64,000 bases of DNA from a bacterium UBP8_UBA817 (GTDB taxonomy: Bacteria; Margulisbacteria; Marinamargulisbacteria; SXXA01; SICP01). The notes under the pieces are model-generated. The model was not told the DNA's origin. It searched no databases and saw nothing but the letters and a program-made list of their open reading frames with translations. Both the position numbers and the translations under genes were made by a program. The stretch spans positions 6,422-70,421 of the forward strand of contig CAMDGG010000004.1 in assembly GCA_945898045.1 (NCBI GenBank), read 5' to 3'. Positions 37,463-46,844 of the stretch are shown piece by piece. Position 1 is the stretch's first letter. Each line of letters starts with the position of its first letter.

Positions 37463-39909
37463 TGATTACTGGACGTCTCAGTAGTTTTCTTTTAGTACTT
37501 ATACTAAGCACGTCTCTTCTTTCTGCCGAATCCAAAAAATACAAACTTCATTCAGATCAACTCTCCTATTCAGAAGATCATAAAATTATGATTGCATCTT
37601 CCAACGTGTTATTGAGCGTTGATGACATTAAGTTGAGCACTCCCAAATTATTCGTCAATGTAGAAGCGCAGCAAGCGTGGGGATCAGGCAATATTGTCTT
37701 AACGCGTGGATCAGATTCTGCGTTTGCATCTGGCATTCAGATTCAGCTTAAAACCTCTACATTTACATTGGAAGATTTCCGCACCCAAATGAAAATTCCA
37801 GACAGTAAAGACGTTATGTTTGTTCATACTAAAACACTTACCGACATGCCCAATCATCAGTCCGGCACGTATGCAGAAATGACGAGCTGCGACTTGTTAC
37901 ATCCCCATTATAAAATTAAAGCTAGGCAGTTTGATTACTTTCCTGGAGACCGAATTACGGGATCCGATGTGGTCTTGGATTATCCTGTTTTTTTTCTACC
38001 GCTTCAGGTCTGGGCACCTTTTTATACGTATGAGTTGGGCAAGCGGCATATTATTTGGAACTTCCCTACTATTGGACAAAAAAATACGCCCGGTTGGGGG
38101 TGGTTTATGCAAAACACAATTGATTATGATCATCTTAATGGCAAAGATTCCAGCGTACTTGTAGACTTTTTTCAATTCAAAGGCGTGGGGGTTGGTATCG
38201 ATCATCAGTATGATATTGGCAATGCAAACTATGGAACGGTATCTACGTACTATTTACGGGAACAAGATACGGGTCTTCAAAATTATCGTGTCGGCTTTCA
38301 GCAATCATATCGGCTCAATAACGTCTGGTCGGTATCAGGCGCCTATAATCTCATCGATGCAGAACGCATTAACTCTCGGGGACGTGATCATCGTGAAGAT
38401 CGGAGCGTAACCTTGGCTTACAATGATTTGGGAGATGTGATGAATCTTAAACTTTCAGATTCACAGAATTTCAAACAATTTACACGTGATTTTATGATAA
38501 ATTTGGACCGGTCATTTAATCAAGAAAAACAATACAGTATTTCGTACGTACTTAATGACAACTTTATTCTCCGCAATCAAACCGTTTCTTCCCGAGCCGA
38601 ACATATTTTACGTCTTCCTGATGACAATACACTGACCACTCGGCTCGCTTATGACAGCCGAGATTCTGAATTGGATACGGTACCTGCCGATACGCGTCTG
38701 CAAGCAACGACAGAATTTTTCCATCAATTTGATACCCGTCTTTCTGCCAAAGTTGTGATTGATCACTTATTTGACTTAGATGGCCGCCGCGTCACCACCG
38801 ATAGTTTTAGTAACGCCAATAACTTTTTTTTCAAACAACCCGAGATTACGTTAATGTATTCTGACCCTAGCCTGCATGGATTTTCTGCCAACAGCACGTT
38901 GATTATGGCCCGTTACCAAGAGGTGCAATATAACCGTTCTTTGAACGAACAAATTACGTTTCCGACGTCTTCTCAATTTGGATTGGAACCCAACACCTAC
39001 ATCTTTCGGCAAACGCTTGAAAGAAGCTTTGCAGGGTTACCCGGAAAAGGCACGCTTCATTTAAATGTTGGATATGAACAAATGATTTTCAAATCACCTG
39101 GTTTTGGGTTATTTGAAGGAGACGCACTTTACAAACTTTCTTTTGCACCCTCTTATACGGCTTCATTTTGGGACTTTCTTAAAACCACTACAACCTATCA
39201 ACGTCGATTTATTCCCCCCGAAAGTAACTCTCCGTTTATCACGGCGTTTAAAGATGATCGGCTTAATACTAATTTCTTAGACCAAGCGTTTACGCTATAT
39301 TATTTGGACAGTAACCGATTTTCTTGGGAAAACCGCATTGGATATGATTTTGAACGTAATCAATGGAATCCCTATATCACCACACTTATTTTGAAGCCGT
39401 CCTCTTTTTGGGGAGTCCGGATTGGAACTGGCGTAGATATCAATCGCTTAAATGCTTATTTATCGCATCGTGCTGTTGCATTTAAAGATGCGACTATTTT
39501 ACAACCCTTAACATGGACCCTAGATATAGCGCCTTCCAGCAACACGCGTTTTTCCATGAACCATTCACACGATTTAAACCAAGGATATATTCGCCAATCT
39601 AATCTTTTGTTTAAACATGTATTGGGAAGTGACAAGGATTATGAGTGGTCGTTTGAGACATTGTTCACGTATGATACACGGGGTAGGGTCCAACAGTTTG
39701 ACCCTAGCAAATATGCCGTTCAAACATTTAGTTTAGTCAAAAATGAGCACTGCCGAAAAATAAAAATCAGCTATAATAAGCAGATTCAAGAAATTCAACT
39801 CTTATTCACCATTAACGCTTTCCCGAATGACTCTTTTGGATTTACCAAAACACGGAATAACATAAAAATACAAGGTGCACTCGCTAATGATGCTCAAGAA
39901 CGCTTTTAG
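37459..39909 (+). CDS. LptD/OstA-like outer-membrane beta-barrel protein
   Basis: Signal peptide. OstA_N-like beta-jellyroll start (KLHSDQLSYSEDHKIMIASSNVLLS..GNIVLTRG). Long alternating beta-strand region. C-terminal aromatic residue (..QERF). Located between lptF/G and lnt. Confidence 0.55.
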   Translation: MMITGRLSSFLLVLILSTSLLSAESKKYKLHSDQLSYSEDHKIMIASSNVLLSVDDIKLSTPKLFVNVEAQQAWGSGNIVLTRGSDSAFASGIQIQLKTSTFTLEDFRTQMKIPDSKDVMFVHTKTLTDMPNHQSGTYAEMTSCDLLHPHYKIKARQFDYFPGDRITGSDVVLDYPVFFLPLQVWAPFYTYELGKRHIIWNFPTIGQKNTPGWGWFMQNTIDYDHLNGKDSSVLVDFFQFKGVGVGIDHQYDIGNANYGTVSTYYLREQDTGLQNYRVGFQQSYRLNNVWSVSGAYNLIDAERINSRGRDHREDRSVTLAYNDLGDVMNLKLSDSQNFKQFTRDFMINLDRSFNQEKQYSISYVLNDNFILRNQTVSSRAEHILRLPDDNTLTTRLAYDSRDSELDTVPADTRLQATTEFFHQFDTRLSAKVVIDHLFDLDGRRVTTDSFSNANNFFFKQPEITLMYSDPSLHGFSANSTLIMARYQEVQYNRSLNEQITFPTSSQFGLEPNTYIFRQTLERSFAGLPGKGTLHLNVGYEQMIFKSPGFGLFEGDALYKLSFAPSYTASFWDFLKTTTTYQRRFIPPESNSPFITAFKDDRLNTNFLDQAFTLYYLDSNRFSWENRIGYDFERNQWNPYITTLILKPSSFWGVRIGTGVDINRLNAYLSHRAVAFKDATILQPLTWTLDIAPSSNTRFSMNHSHDLNQGYIRQSNLLFKHVLGSDKDYEWSFETLFTYDTRGRVQQFDPSKYAVQTFSLVKNEHCRKIKISYNKQIQEIQLLFTINAFPNDSFGFTKTRNNIKIQGALANDAQERF

Positions 39910-40600
39910 GCTTATCGTACTTGGAAGTTTTCTTCTGAGTATGGGGTGTGCCAGAACAGTTGAAGAAAAAAATAAAGTCTTGGATTTCAATGTGCGCCTT
40001 ACGTTTGCAGGTCCCGTTAATCTTACAAACTTTCGTTATTATGTCATCCTATCCCCAATGCCTATTTCTATACCTGCTATTGTACCTAGTCGATATTTTC
40101 CCACACCTGGAGAAACGCCTGGATTCGAGACTTCATTCGACGTCAATAACATAGAAATTATTAACAATAATGGGATCAATTTTTATTATCGAAGTTTTTT
40201 CTCAACCTGGTCTGACTATATTGCCATCGGACCTGGTTTAATTGCACGCCACTACCCTTCTGGCTCGACAACTTTTGATGCCACCACCACCAATAATGCT
40301 CGATATCAGACCAATATTAATTTTGTCCCCATACTATCCAATAGCCCAAGCAATACCCTCAACTTACGATTTCCCATTCAATCTCTTTCTCCGGAATTTG
40401 AGCGCATCTATTTTAAATTTGTCATCGTCAAAAGAACAGATTCTTCGCTCACTGGCTATGTTCAAGATGGTTTAGATGATTTTTCTTTACCTATCGAAGC
40501 AAAATCAGGCACTATCATTGGCCGAGGAATACCTCACGCGCCTTCAGGGAGCCCTGAACCAGCCGCTTGGTTAGAATCTTGGGAGATTACCATATTTTAG
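39887..40600 (+). CDS. Lipoprotein of unknown function
   Basis: MMLKNAFRLIVLGSFLLSMGC: signal peptide with lipobox LSMGC. No recognisable domain. Confidence 0.5.
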   Translation: MMLKNAFRLIVLGSFLLSMGCARTVEEKNKVLDFNVRLTFAGPVNLTNFRYYVILSPMPISIPAIVPSRYFPTPGETPGFETSFDVNNIEIINNNGINFYYRSFFSTWSDYIAIGPGLIARHYPSGSTTFDATTTNNARYQTNINFVPILSNSPSNTLNLRFPIQSLSPEFERIYFKFVIVKRTDSSLTGYVQDGLDDFSLPIEAKSGTIIGRGIPHAPSGSPEPAAWLESWEITIF

Positions 40601-42036
40601 GCGCACTCATTTCGGCCCTTTTATATAGTTTGACCTTTCCGCCGTTTAATTTTCATTGGCTTGTATTTGTTGCATTGGTGCCGTTGATTTGGGTAGTCTC
40701 TCGGCCTCAATCTTTAAAGAAACAGTTTCTAAACGGTTTCATTTTCGGCACAATCGTCATGGGTATTTTTCATGGCTGGCTATTTTCATTGACCCCCTTC
40801 GCACCACTTTGGGGACTACTGATTTTATGGAGTGTGGTCTCTGTTTATTACGGCCTCTTTTATGGTGCGGGCATGTGGGTTTTTGGGTGGCTGAAACCGT
40901 ATTGCCCTAGAATAATTTTATTGCCGGCAGTATGGATCGTTTTTGAATGGTTACGTGCGTTAGGACCTTTTGGGAATACAGCAGCCAGTGCGGGTTACAC
41001 CATGACAACGTTTCCACATTTATTGCACTTGGCATCTGTTGGTGGGCTGTATGGATTGTCGTTTTTTGTGGTGCTTGCGAATGTTGTTTTTATCTCTCTA
41101 TTCAAAAGAGAAGGACGATGGGGATTTGGTTTACTTCTACTGTTAGTCATAGCTTCCTTCACACTTTTCAATTCCCCTGAAAAGAAATCTTTAAAGCCGA
41201 TCTCTGTCGCCATTATTCAAGGTAATCATGACCAATCCATGAAGTTTTCTTTTGGACGTTTTCGAGAGATTCGAGATAGCTATCTGGATCTGTCACGTAC
41301 TAGTAAGCATGCTGACGTCATCATCTGGCCAGAAACCATCACGCCCCAATTTAATTTAGATAACGCCCTATTTTTAGATTCTGTTCGAGATATAGCCCAA
41401 ACGCAACACAACCTCATTTTATTAGGCACGCCCTACTTAGATCATTCGCATTTTTACAATGCCTTAGCCGCTGTTGGCTATCATGATACGGAGCCCTTGG
41501 TTTACCACAAGTATCGATTAATGCCCTTTGGCGAATATTGGCCGCTACGTTCTGTTCTCATAAAGGCCTCTTTGGGCAGCATTCTTCCCCAAGAAGATTT
41601 TACGCCAGCCAGTTCTAGCCGTGTCTTGAAAACCGCAGACTACACCATTGCCAACGCCATTTGCCTGGAATCTATTTATCCATGGTATGTCCGAAAACAA
41701 GTGTTAGAGGGTGGACAATGGATCACCGTTGTTGCCAATCACGCCTGGTATTTTAACTCGTCAGCCGCCGCCAAACATCTTCAGATGGGACAACTACGCG
41801 CTGTTGAGAATCATCGTTATTTGGCACAAGCATCCAATATGGGGATTTCGGCTATAATTGATCCAAATGGACATATACAAAAACAAACGAAACTTAATAG
41901 CGCGGCCGTTTTGCAAGATGTAATTTATGTGGGATTGCCCCTCAGTTTTTATACGCGATTTGGAGATTGGATTGTGTGGGTGTCGGGGGGATGTCTATTA
42001 CTCTCTTTTTTGCGACGCCTTAAAACCCCACTTTAA
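40567..42036 (+). CDS. lnt: Apolipoprotein N-acyltransferase
   Basis: Multi-TM N-terminal half. CN-hydrolase triad context (IIWPET, YHKYRLMPFGEY, ICLESIY). Confidence 0.88.
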   Translation: MVRILGDYHILGALISALLYSLTFPPFNFHWLVFVALVPLIWVVSRPQSLKKQFLNGFIFGTIVMGIFHGWLFSLTPFAPLWGLLILWSVVSVYYGLFYGAGMWVFGWLKPYCPRIILLPAVWIVFEWLRALGPFGNTAASAGYTMTTFPHLLHLASVGGLYGLSFFVVLANVVFISLFKREGRWGFGLLLLLVIASFTLFNSPEKKSLKPISVAIIQGNHDQSMKFSFGRFREIRDSYLDLSRTSKHADVIIWPETITPQFNLDNALFLDSVRDIAQTQHNLILLGTPYLDHSHFYNALAAVGYHDTEPLVYHKYRLMPFGEYWPLRSVLIKASLGSILPQEDFTPASSSRVLKTADYTIANAICLESIYPWYVRKQVLEGGQWITVVANHAWYFNSSAAAKHLQMGQLRAVENHRYLAQASNMGISAIIDPNGHIQKQTKLNSAAVLQDVIYVGLPLSFYTRFGDWIVWVSGGCLLLSFLRRLKTPL

Positions 42037-42051
42037 AGTGGGGTTTATTTT
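42023..42051 (+). terminator. Rho-independent terminator overlapping the lnt stop
   Basis: AAACCCCACTTT/AAAGTGGGGTTT perfect inverted repeat followed by ATTTTA. Confidence 0.7.
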
Positions 42052-42323
42052 AATACTTTCTTTGGTATGATAAGTACATATGGAGAATTTACATCACTCG
42101 CTTGAATCTAAAATAGTAGATCGCAATTAGTCACAGCTCCCTTTGGCACTGTTTCCAAAAAAATCCCAAAACAATTTCTGTTCATACCGAAGACCATAAA
42201 AACTGGAAAGTCTCTCCCCACCACCTCTCCAAAATTCAAACGGCTCGTTGAAATTTCGGAACTAACTTACGTCGTGCGCCTTTAAAATTGAAACCCTTTT
42301 TGAAATAAGGTACCATTGCAAAC

Positions 42324-43151
42324 ATGAGCGCACTTCCTTCTATTAGAAACATTGCTTTGATCGTTCTCTTTATTTTGGTGATGTATTTTTTTAACAATCA
42401 AGCAGGATCAAAATTAAATAGCAAAGGCTTCTCTTTTGATAATGGTTCTGGGTTAGTCACTATCGCACCAGCAACGGATGGCACTCCACGCATACAGGCG
42501 CTAACGGCACTCATGACGCCTAGCGGTGTTATTATAGATGAGAATATCCCTACAGAATCCCTCATATTTTTAGCCACGCCTAACATGACCACAAAGTTAA
42601 CCGCTCGAATGCTCGGCGTTGTTTCCGCCTTTGCTTATATTCCTCCCGCGTCATCAGGTTGGCTGGTGTGTGATGGAACAGCCTATTCCAGAACAACCTA
42701 TGCAAATTTATTCAGTAAAATTAAAACAGTATACGGAAACACGGATGGCACGAACTTTAAAGTGCCTGACCTACGCGGTCTATTTATTATGGGCACGATA
42801 GAAGGAGGTACTGCAGTAGGCCTAAAAAACACATCAACCGCGTTTCAATCCCATACTCATGCCCTTTCAGCTGGTTCCAGTGTTAGCTCAGGCGGAGGCC
42901 CACACACACATACCTATCATAACAACTTAGGCAACAAGTCTCAGATCGATGACGACAGCACAGACGTCTTGGGATATGAATATTTTACTAATGCGACAGT
43001 TACCACTACACAGCCATCTGGTGCCCATGCTCATACATTGGATTTGCTTACGCCCAACCTGAGTGATTCCGCACTAAATGCAACAGAATCCACCCTTGAA
43101 AATAGACCCATCAATGCAGCAGTCATTTATTGTATTTATGCAAATCCATGA
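42324..43151 (+). CDS. Phage tail-collar domain protein 1 (membrane-anchored or secreted)
   Basis: N-terminal hydrophobic anchor. Collar motif AYIPPASSGWLVCDGTAYSRTTYANLFSKI...FKVPDLRGLFIMG. His-rich HTH/HAH strings. Confidence 0.8.
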   Translation: MSALPSIRNIALIVLFILVMYFFNNQAGSKLNSKGFSFDNGSGLVTIAPATDGTPRIQALTALMTPSGVIIDENIPTESLIFLATPNMTTKLTARMLGVVSAFAYIPPASSGWLVCDGTAYSRTTYANLFSKIKTVYGNTDGTNFKVPDLRGLFIMGTIEGGTAVGLKNTSTAFQSHTHALSAGSSVSSGGGPHTHTYHNNLGNKSQIDDDSTDVLGYEYFTNATVTTTQPSGAHAHTLDLLTPNLSDSALNATESTLENRPINAAVIYCIYANP

Positions 43152-44098
43152 GGATATCCATGCCCCATCTACTTAAGATTACGCTATTAATAATCATTCT
43201 AATATCCTCTCAAGCTTTTTCCGAAGAGGCTTATTTAATAGAAAATGAAATTTCTTTTTCAAATGGCTCTACCATAACACAAGTTACAAAAAACACGCTT
43301 ATTCCTACGCCAAACGCCTCTCCTACGGTTCCGGATAATGCGTCTCAAATCATGAAATTACATGGTCAGTTACTTTTACACAACGGGTTGCTGATTGATA
43401 ACTCCTTTGTAAAAGCAAAAGCGTTTCTTGATTCTTGTGTAGGTATGATTTCGGCTTTTGCATCTACAACTGTTCCCTATGGATGGCTTTTATGTGACGG
43501 GGAGACCTACACAACAACTTCAAATTGTGAATTACAAGCTTTAGGAGATGCGATTCGTACTAATTGGGGAGGCACTGGCACCTATACCTCAGGTCATTTT
43601 GTTGGAAAATTCAAGGTCCCCGACCTAAGGGGCATGTTTTTACGAGGGGCTGACTCTATGAATGTAGATGCGAGTGGTCAGCCTAATGGAGTTGCACCTT
43701 CTGGAACAGACCCTGAAGCGCGTTTTGTCGACTCTACATTTTCTGTGAGCAGCACTAAAAAAGTGGGCTCCTATCAACCCGATTCTTTTATTCAACATGG
43801 TAGCACTCATCTACTTTCTTTAAGTACTTACAGTACAAATCATACCCATAATATTGCAAATATTCCGGGTCTATTCGTAAGTCATCAACAAGACTACGAT
43901 GCAGATGAGGATGAACATATTGCCTGGTTCAGAAGTGATGAGAATGGGAACCCCTTTGAGACCGACACCAGTTCCACTATTCATAGACACATTGTAACAC
44001 TTCCCAATAACAGTACGCTTACAAATACTAGTACTACCAATTCTGATACAACTTCACACCCCAAAAATTATGCGGTTGTATATGGCATTCGGTTTTAG
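43148..44098 (+). CDS. Phage tail-collar domain protein 2 (secreted)
   Basis: ATGA overlap with gene 1. Signal peptide ..LLIIILISSQAFS. PYGWLLCDGETY...FKVPDLRGMFLRG. NHTHNI and IHRHIV strings. Confidence 0.8.
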   Translation: MRISMPHLLKITLLIIILISSQAFSEEAYLIENEISFSNGSTITQVTKNTLIPTPNASPTVPDNASQIMKLHGQLLLHNGLLIDNSFVKAKAFLDSCVGMISAFASTTVPYGWLLCDGETYTTTSNCELQALGDAIRTNWGGTGTYTSGHFVGKFKVPDLRGMFLRGADSMNVDASGQPNGVAPSGTDPEARFVDSTFSVSSTKKVGSYQPDSFIQHGSTHLLSLSTYSTNHTHNIANIPGLFVSHQQDYDADEDEHIAWFRSDENGNPFETDTSSTIHRHIVTLPNNSTLTNTSTTNSDTTSHPKNYAVVYGIRF

Positions 44099-44112
44099 GA
44101 GCAAGAGATAAA

Positions 44113-44865
44113 ATGATAAAGAATTTTTGCACAGTTTTCTTATATGTTTTTATATTAATTTCAGGGATAAATTATACTGAAACTTATTTTCAAAAAAATC
44201 AACTTCACTTTGATAGCGGGAAAACAGGATTCATACCCTCAACACCCAATCTGACTTCTTCTGCTACTAAAACCGTAGGGGGTCTGGCGCTTGAAAACGG
44301 TATCATTATTTCTGGCCAGTTACGCACGCTACTAGATTATGTCACTCCTTTTGTGGGAGCCATCATGCCGTTTGCAGTCACTAACAATGCAAACATACCA
44401 GAAGGATGGATCCCTTGTGACGGCAGAGAGCTCAGAATCAGCACCTATCCCACACTGTATAAAGCAATAGGTACAACATGGGGAACAGCAAGCAATCCGA
44501 GCCTTCTCTTTAAAGTGCCCAATTTATACGATTATTTTATTCAAGGGACTAGTAGTACAAGAGCACTCGCTTCCTCACAAACGAGTGCTATTGCTAAGCA
44601 TGGGCACACCATTTCAGGAACAGCCCAACTTGTCCTCTCCTCTCATTCACATGGTATTTTTCCGTCGGGTCATCTCCCATTACCGACATTGATTGAGGGA
44701 CCAGATGATAACGGGTACATTAAGCATGATGTTGACCCTATTGTAGATTCAGGCTCCACCGATGATACACATACACATACGATAGAGGTTGCATCTGCAG
44801 GGGGCACCGAAATGCTTCCTAAACGGATGTATCTTAGCTATTGCATCAAAGCTACGCCTTTTTAG
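44113..44865 (+). CDS. Phage tail-collar domain protein 3 (secreted, divergent)
   Basis: Signal/anchor. PEGWIPCDGRELRISTYPTLYKAIGTTWG...FKVPNLYDYFIQG (the DLRG motif has degenerated to NLYD). HGH, HSH and HTHTI strings. Confidence 0.75.
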   Translation: MIKNFCTVFLYVFILISGINYTETYFQKNQLHFDSGKTGFIPSTPNLTSSATKTVGGLALENGIIISGQLRTLLDYVTPFVGAIMPFAVTNNANIPEGWIPCDGRELRISTYPTLYKAIGTTWGTASNPSLLFKVPNLYDYFIQGTSSTRALASSQTSAIAKHGHTISGTAQLVLSSHSHGIFPSGHLPLPTLIEGPDDNGYIKHDVDPIVDSGSTDDTHTHTIEVASAGGTEMLPKRMYLSYCIKATPF

Positions 44866-45803
44866 CTTTGGTTTCTCGTGCAGTCACCCCCTATAGGATC
44901 TCGATATTTATAGTTAAAGTCGTATACATATTCTCTGTAGGGTTTTTAGGTGTCTACCGTATCACTAACACTAGTTGGAATACAGGTATTTGGTGGGATG
45001 CGCATCTAAAAATGATGGGGGAGTATTCTGCTATCACCTATCTTTTTTCACTTTCTGCACTTAAATGGAATCTTATCGTCCTTATTCCTGTTATTGAGAT
45101 TTCTACCTTTTTATTACTTAGAAAACATGGCTTCGCTAAACATCATTTGTATCTATTGTTTTTTTACCACCTTTTTATTTTTCTTATTCTTACTCCCAGG
45201 AACGCTCCCCTGGCTCTTTACTGGACTCCTTTTTTGCAAATGACTTGTTTATTATTTTTTCTCCCTAAGAGCACGGTTCTCTTTGTTAAAAGAGGAATCT
45301 CAAAATCCTTATTATCTACAATTTTTTCTTCACCTCCTCCGTATAAACCTCAGATTTTAATCCCCTCGTTACTCATCTTTGTCATAGTGCAATGCAGTCT
45401 ACCGCTATGGCCTTATTTATTTTTTCATGAAGATATTAATTGGACCCTTAAAGGAACTCATTTTGCCTGGCGCATGAAAATCAATTCAATCAATCACGAT
45501 GCCACTCTAGTCGTTCTAAATAAAAAGACAAGGGAACAAATTAGTTACAATATAGCTCAAATAAATTTTCGCCCCAATGTCAGCAAATATTCCCCTTATG
45601 CACTTATTTATTATGCACATGCGCTAAAAGACTCTTATGCTAAAGAAGGACAAGATGTTGCTATCTATGCAAACGCATTTGCGTCTTTAAATTCTCGACC
45701 TTATTATCGGTATATTGATCCAACTGTGGACCTCAGCATGACGTCCTATCATTTTACAAAATCCAATTCTTTTATTATACCGAGACCCACTCATGATGAT
45801 TAA
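44841..45803 (+). CDS. Membrane protein with a VKGC-type lumenal domain and only a degenerate/short HTTM part
   Basis: LPLWPYLFFHEDINWTLKGTHFAWRMKINS..IYANAFASLNSRPYYRYIDPTVDL parallels human gamma-glutamyl carboxylase LPYSHFLTQGYNNWT..YSWDMMVHS..WVSINDRFQQRIFDPRVDI. The N-terminal TM region keeps only a weak KHHLYLLFF (NNHxYL-like) string. Confidence 0.6.
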   Translation: MHQSYAFLALVSRAVTPYRISIFIVKVVYIFSVGFLGVYRITNTSWNTGIWWDAHLKMMGEYSAITYLFSLSALKWNLIVLIPVIEISTFLLLRKHGFAKHHLYLLFFYHLFIFLILTPRNAPLALYWTPFLQMTCLLFFLPKSTVLFVKRGISKSLLSTIFSSPPPYKPQILIPSLLIFVIVQCSLPLWPYLFFHEDINWTLKGTHFAWRMKINSINHDATLVVLNKKTREQISYNIAQINFRPNVSKYSPYALIYYAHALKDSYAKEGQDVAIYANAFASLNSRPYYRYIDPTVDLSMTSYHFTKSNSFIIPRPTHDD

Positions 45804-46842
45804 ACAGCGGGCCATCGCTTTTTTATATAATTCAATGGATGCATCTTCCCTTGCTTTGTTTCGTATAGGGTTTGGGATTATTCATCTAATATGGACATGG
45901 AAATATTTCTCTTCAAACCTCTTTTATTTTCAGTATGTATACCCCTCCATCTTACTCCCCTACCCCTGCATGGAATGGTTACCAAGGCTACCAGGTTATG
46001 GCATGTATCTTCCATATCTTGTGGTGTTCATCTGTTCTCTTGGTATTACTTTGGGATTGTTTTTTAGACTAAGTGCCATCGGCTTTTTTATTAGTTATCT
46101 TTATATTTTTTCATTAGATTTCACAGGATACAATAATCATTTCTATCTCGTCGTTCTTTTAGCGTTCTGGCTCATCTTTATGAACGCGCATACAACAATG
46201 TCCATGGATCGATATCTAGGTCGCATAGAGAACTTTAACCACATTCCTTTTTGGAATATTTGGATAATCAGATTTCAGTTAATTATTGTCTACTTTTTTG
46301 GTGGTTTTGCAAAAGCAATGAATATCGATTGGTGGTTACACGCATCCCAACTCAACAACATGCTTTCCTCATTTTATGGTAATTCAATTTTATATTTTCT
46401 ATCCCATACTTATACTGCATATTTTCTAGCATGGTCTAGTATGATATTTGATTTAGGAATTGGAGGACTCCTCTTTTTCAAAAAAACACGTGGGATTGGG
46501 GTTTGTCTCATCATTGGATTTCATGCATTTAATTATTTCATACTATTTTCACCCTATACCGGAAAAACAAGCATAGGCATTTTCCCTTTCCTGGGTATTC
46601 TTACAGGACTCATGTTTCTAGAACCTAACTTTCCTAGACAATGGTTTACAAAACTTTCTACTTGGGTTGAATCAAGTTTAGAAACAGATACTGTGAGTCA
46701 ATCACGTGTACAAACTATTTTTTCAATTGTAGTTTGCATAGTAATAGGGAGCCTACTGGTTATTCTCCCTATCGCTGCTTGGCTAACCCACACCGCGCTG
46801 CCTTTTACATGGATAAATGCCACTTTAATACCCAAAAACTAA
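45793..46842 (+). CDS. HTTM-domain protein (vitamin-K-dependent gamma-carboxylase-like membrane core) lacking the lumenal domain
   Basis: LALFRIGFG, YNNHFYLVVLLAFWLIFMNAHTTMSMD, HIPFWNIWIIRFQLIIVYFFGGFAKAMNIDWW parallel VKGC [66 protein letters not shown]. Confidence 0.8.
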   Translation: MMIKQRAIAFLYNSMDASSLALFRIGFGIIHLIWTWKYFSSNLFYFQYVYPSILLPYPCMEWLPRLPGYGMYLPYLVVFICSLGITLGLFFRLSAIGFFISYLYIFSLDFTGYNNHFYLVVLLAFWLIFMNAHTTMSMDRYLGRIENFNHIPFWNIWIIRFQLIIVYFFGGFAKAMNIDWWLHASQLNNMLSSFYGNSILYFLSHTYTAYFLAWSSMIFDLGIGGLLFFKKTRGIGVCLIIGFHAFNYFILFSPYTGKTSIGIFPFLGILTGLMFLEPNFPRQWFTKLSTWVESSLETDTVSQSRVQTIFSIVVCIVIGSLLVILPIAAWLTHTALPFTWINATLIPKN

Positions 46843-46844
46843 GT

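Noticed and set aside
42144-42160. TGGCAC string upstream of the tail-collar genes, which looked like a sigma54 -24 element
   Set aside because: The required -12 TTGC(A/T) is absent (the sequence is TGGCAC-TGTTT-CCAA).
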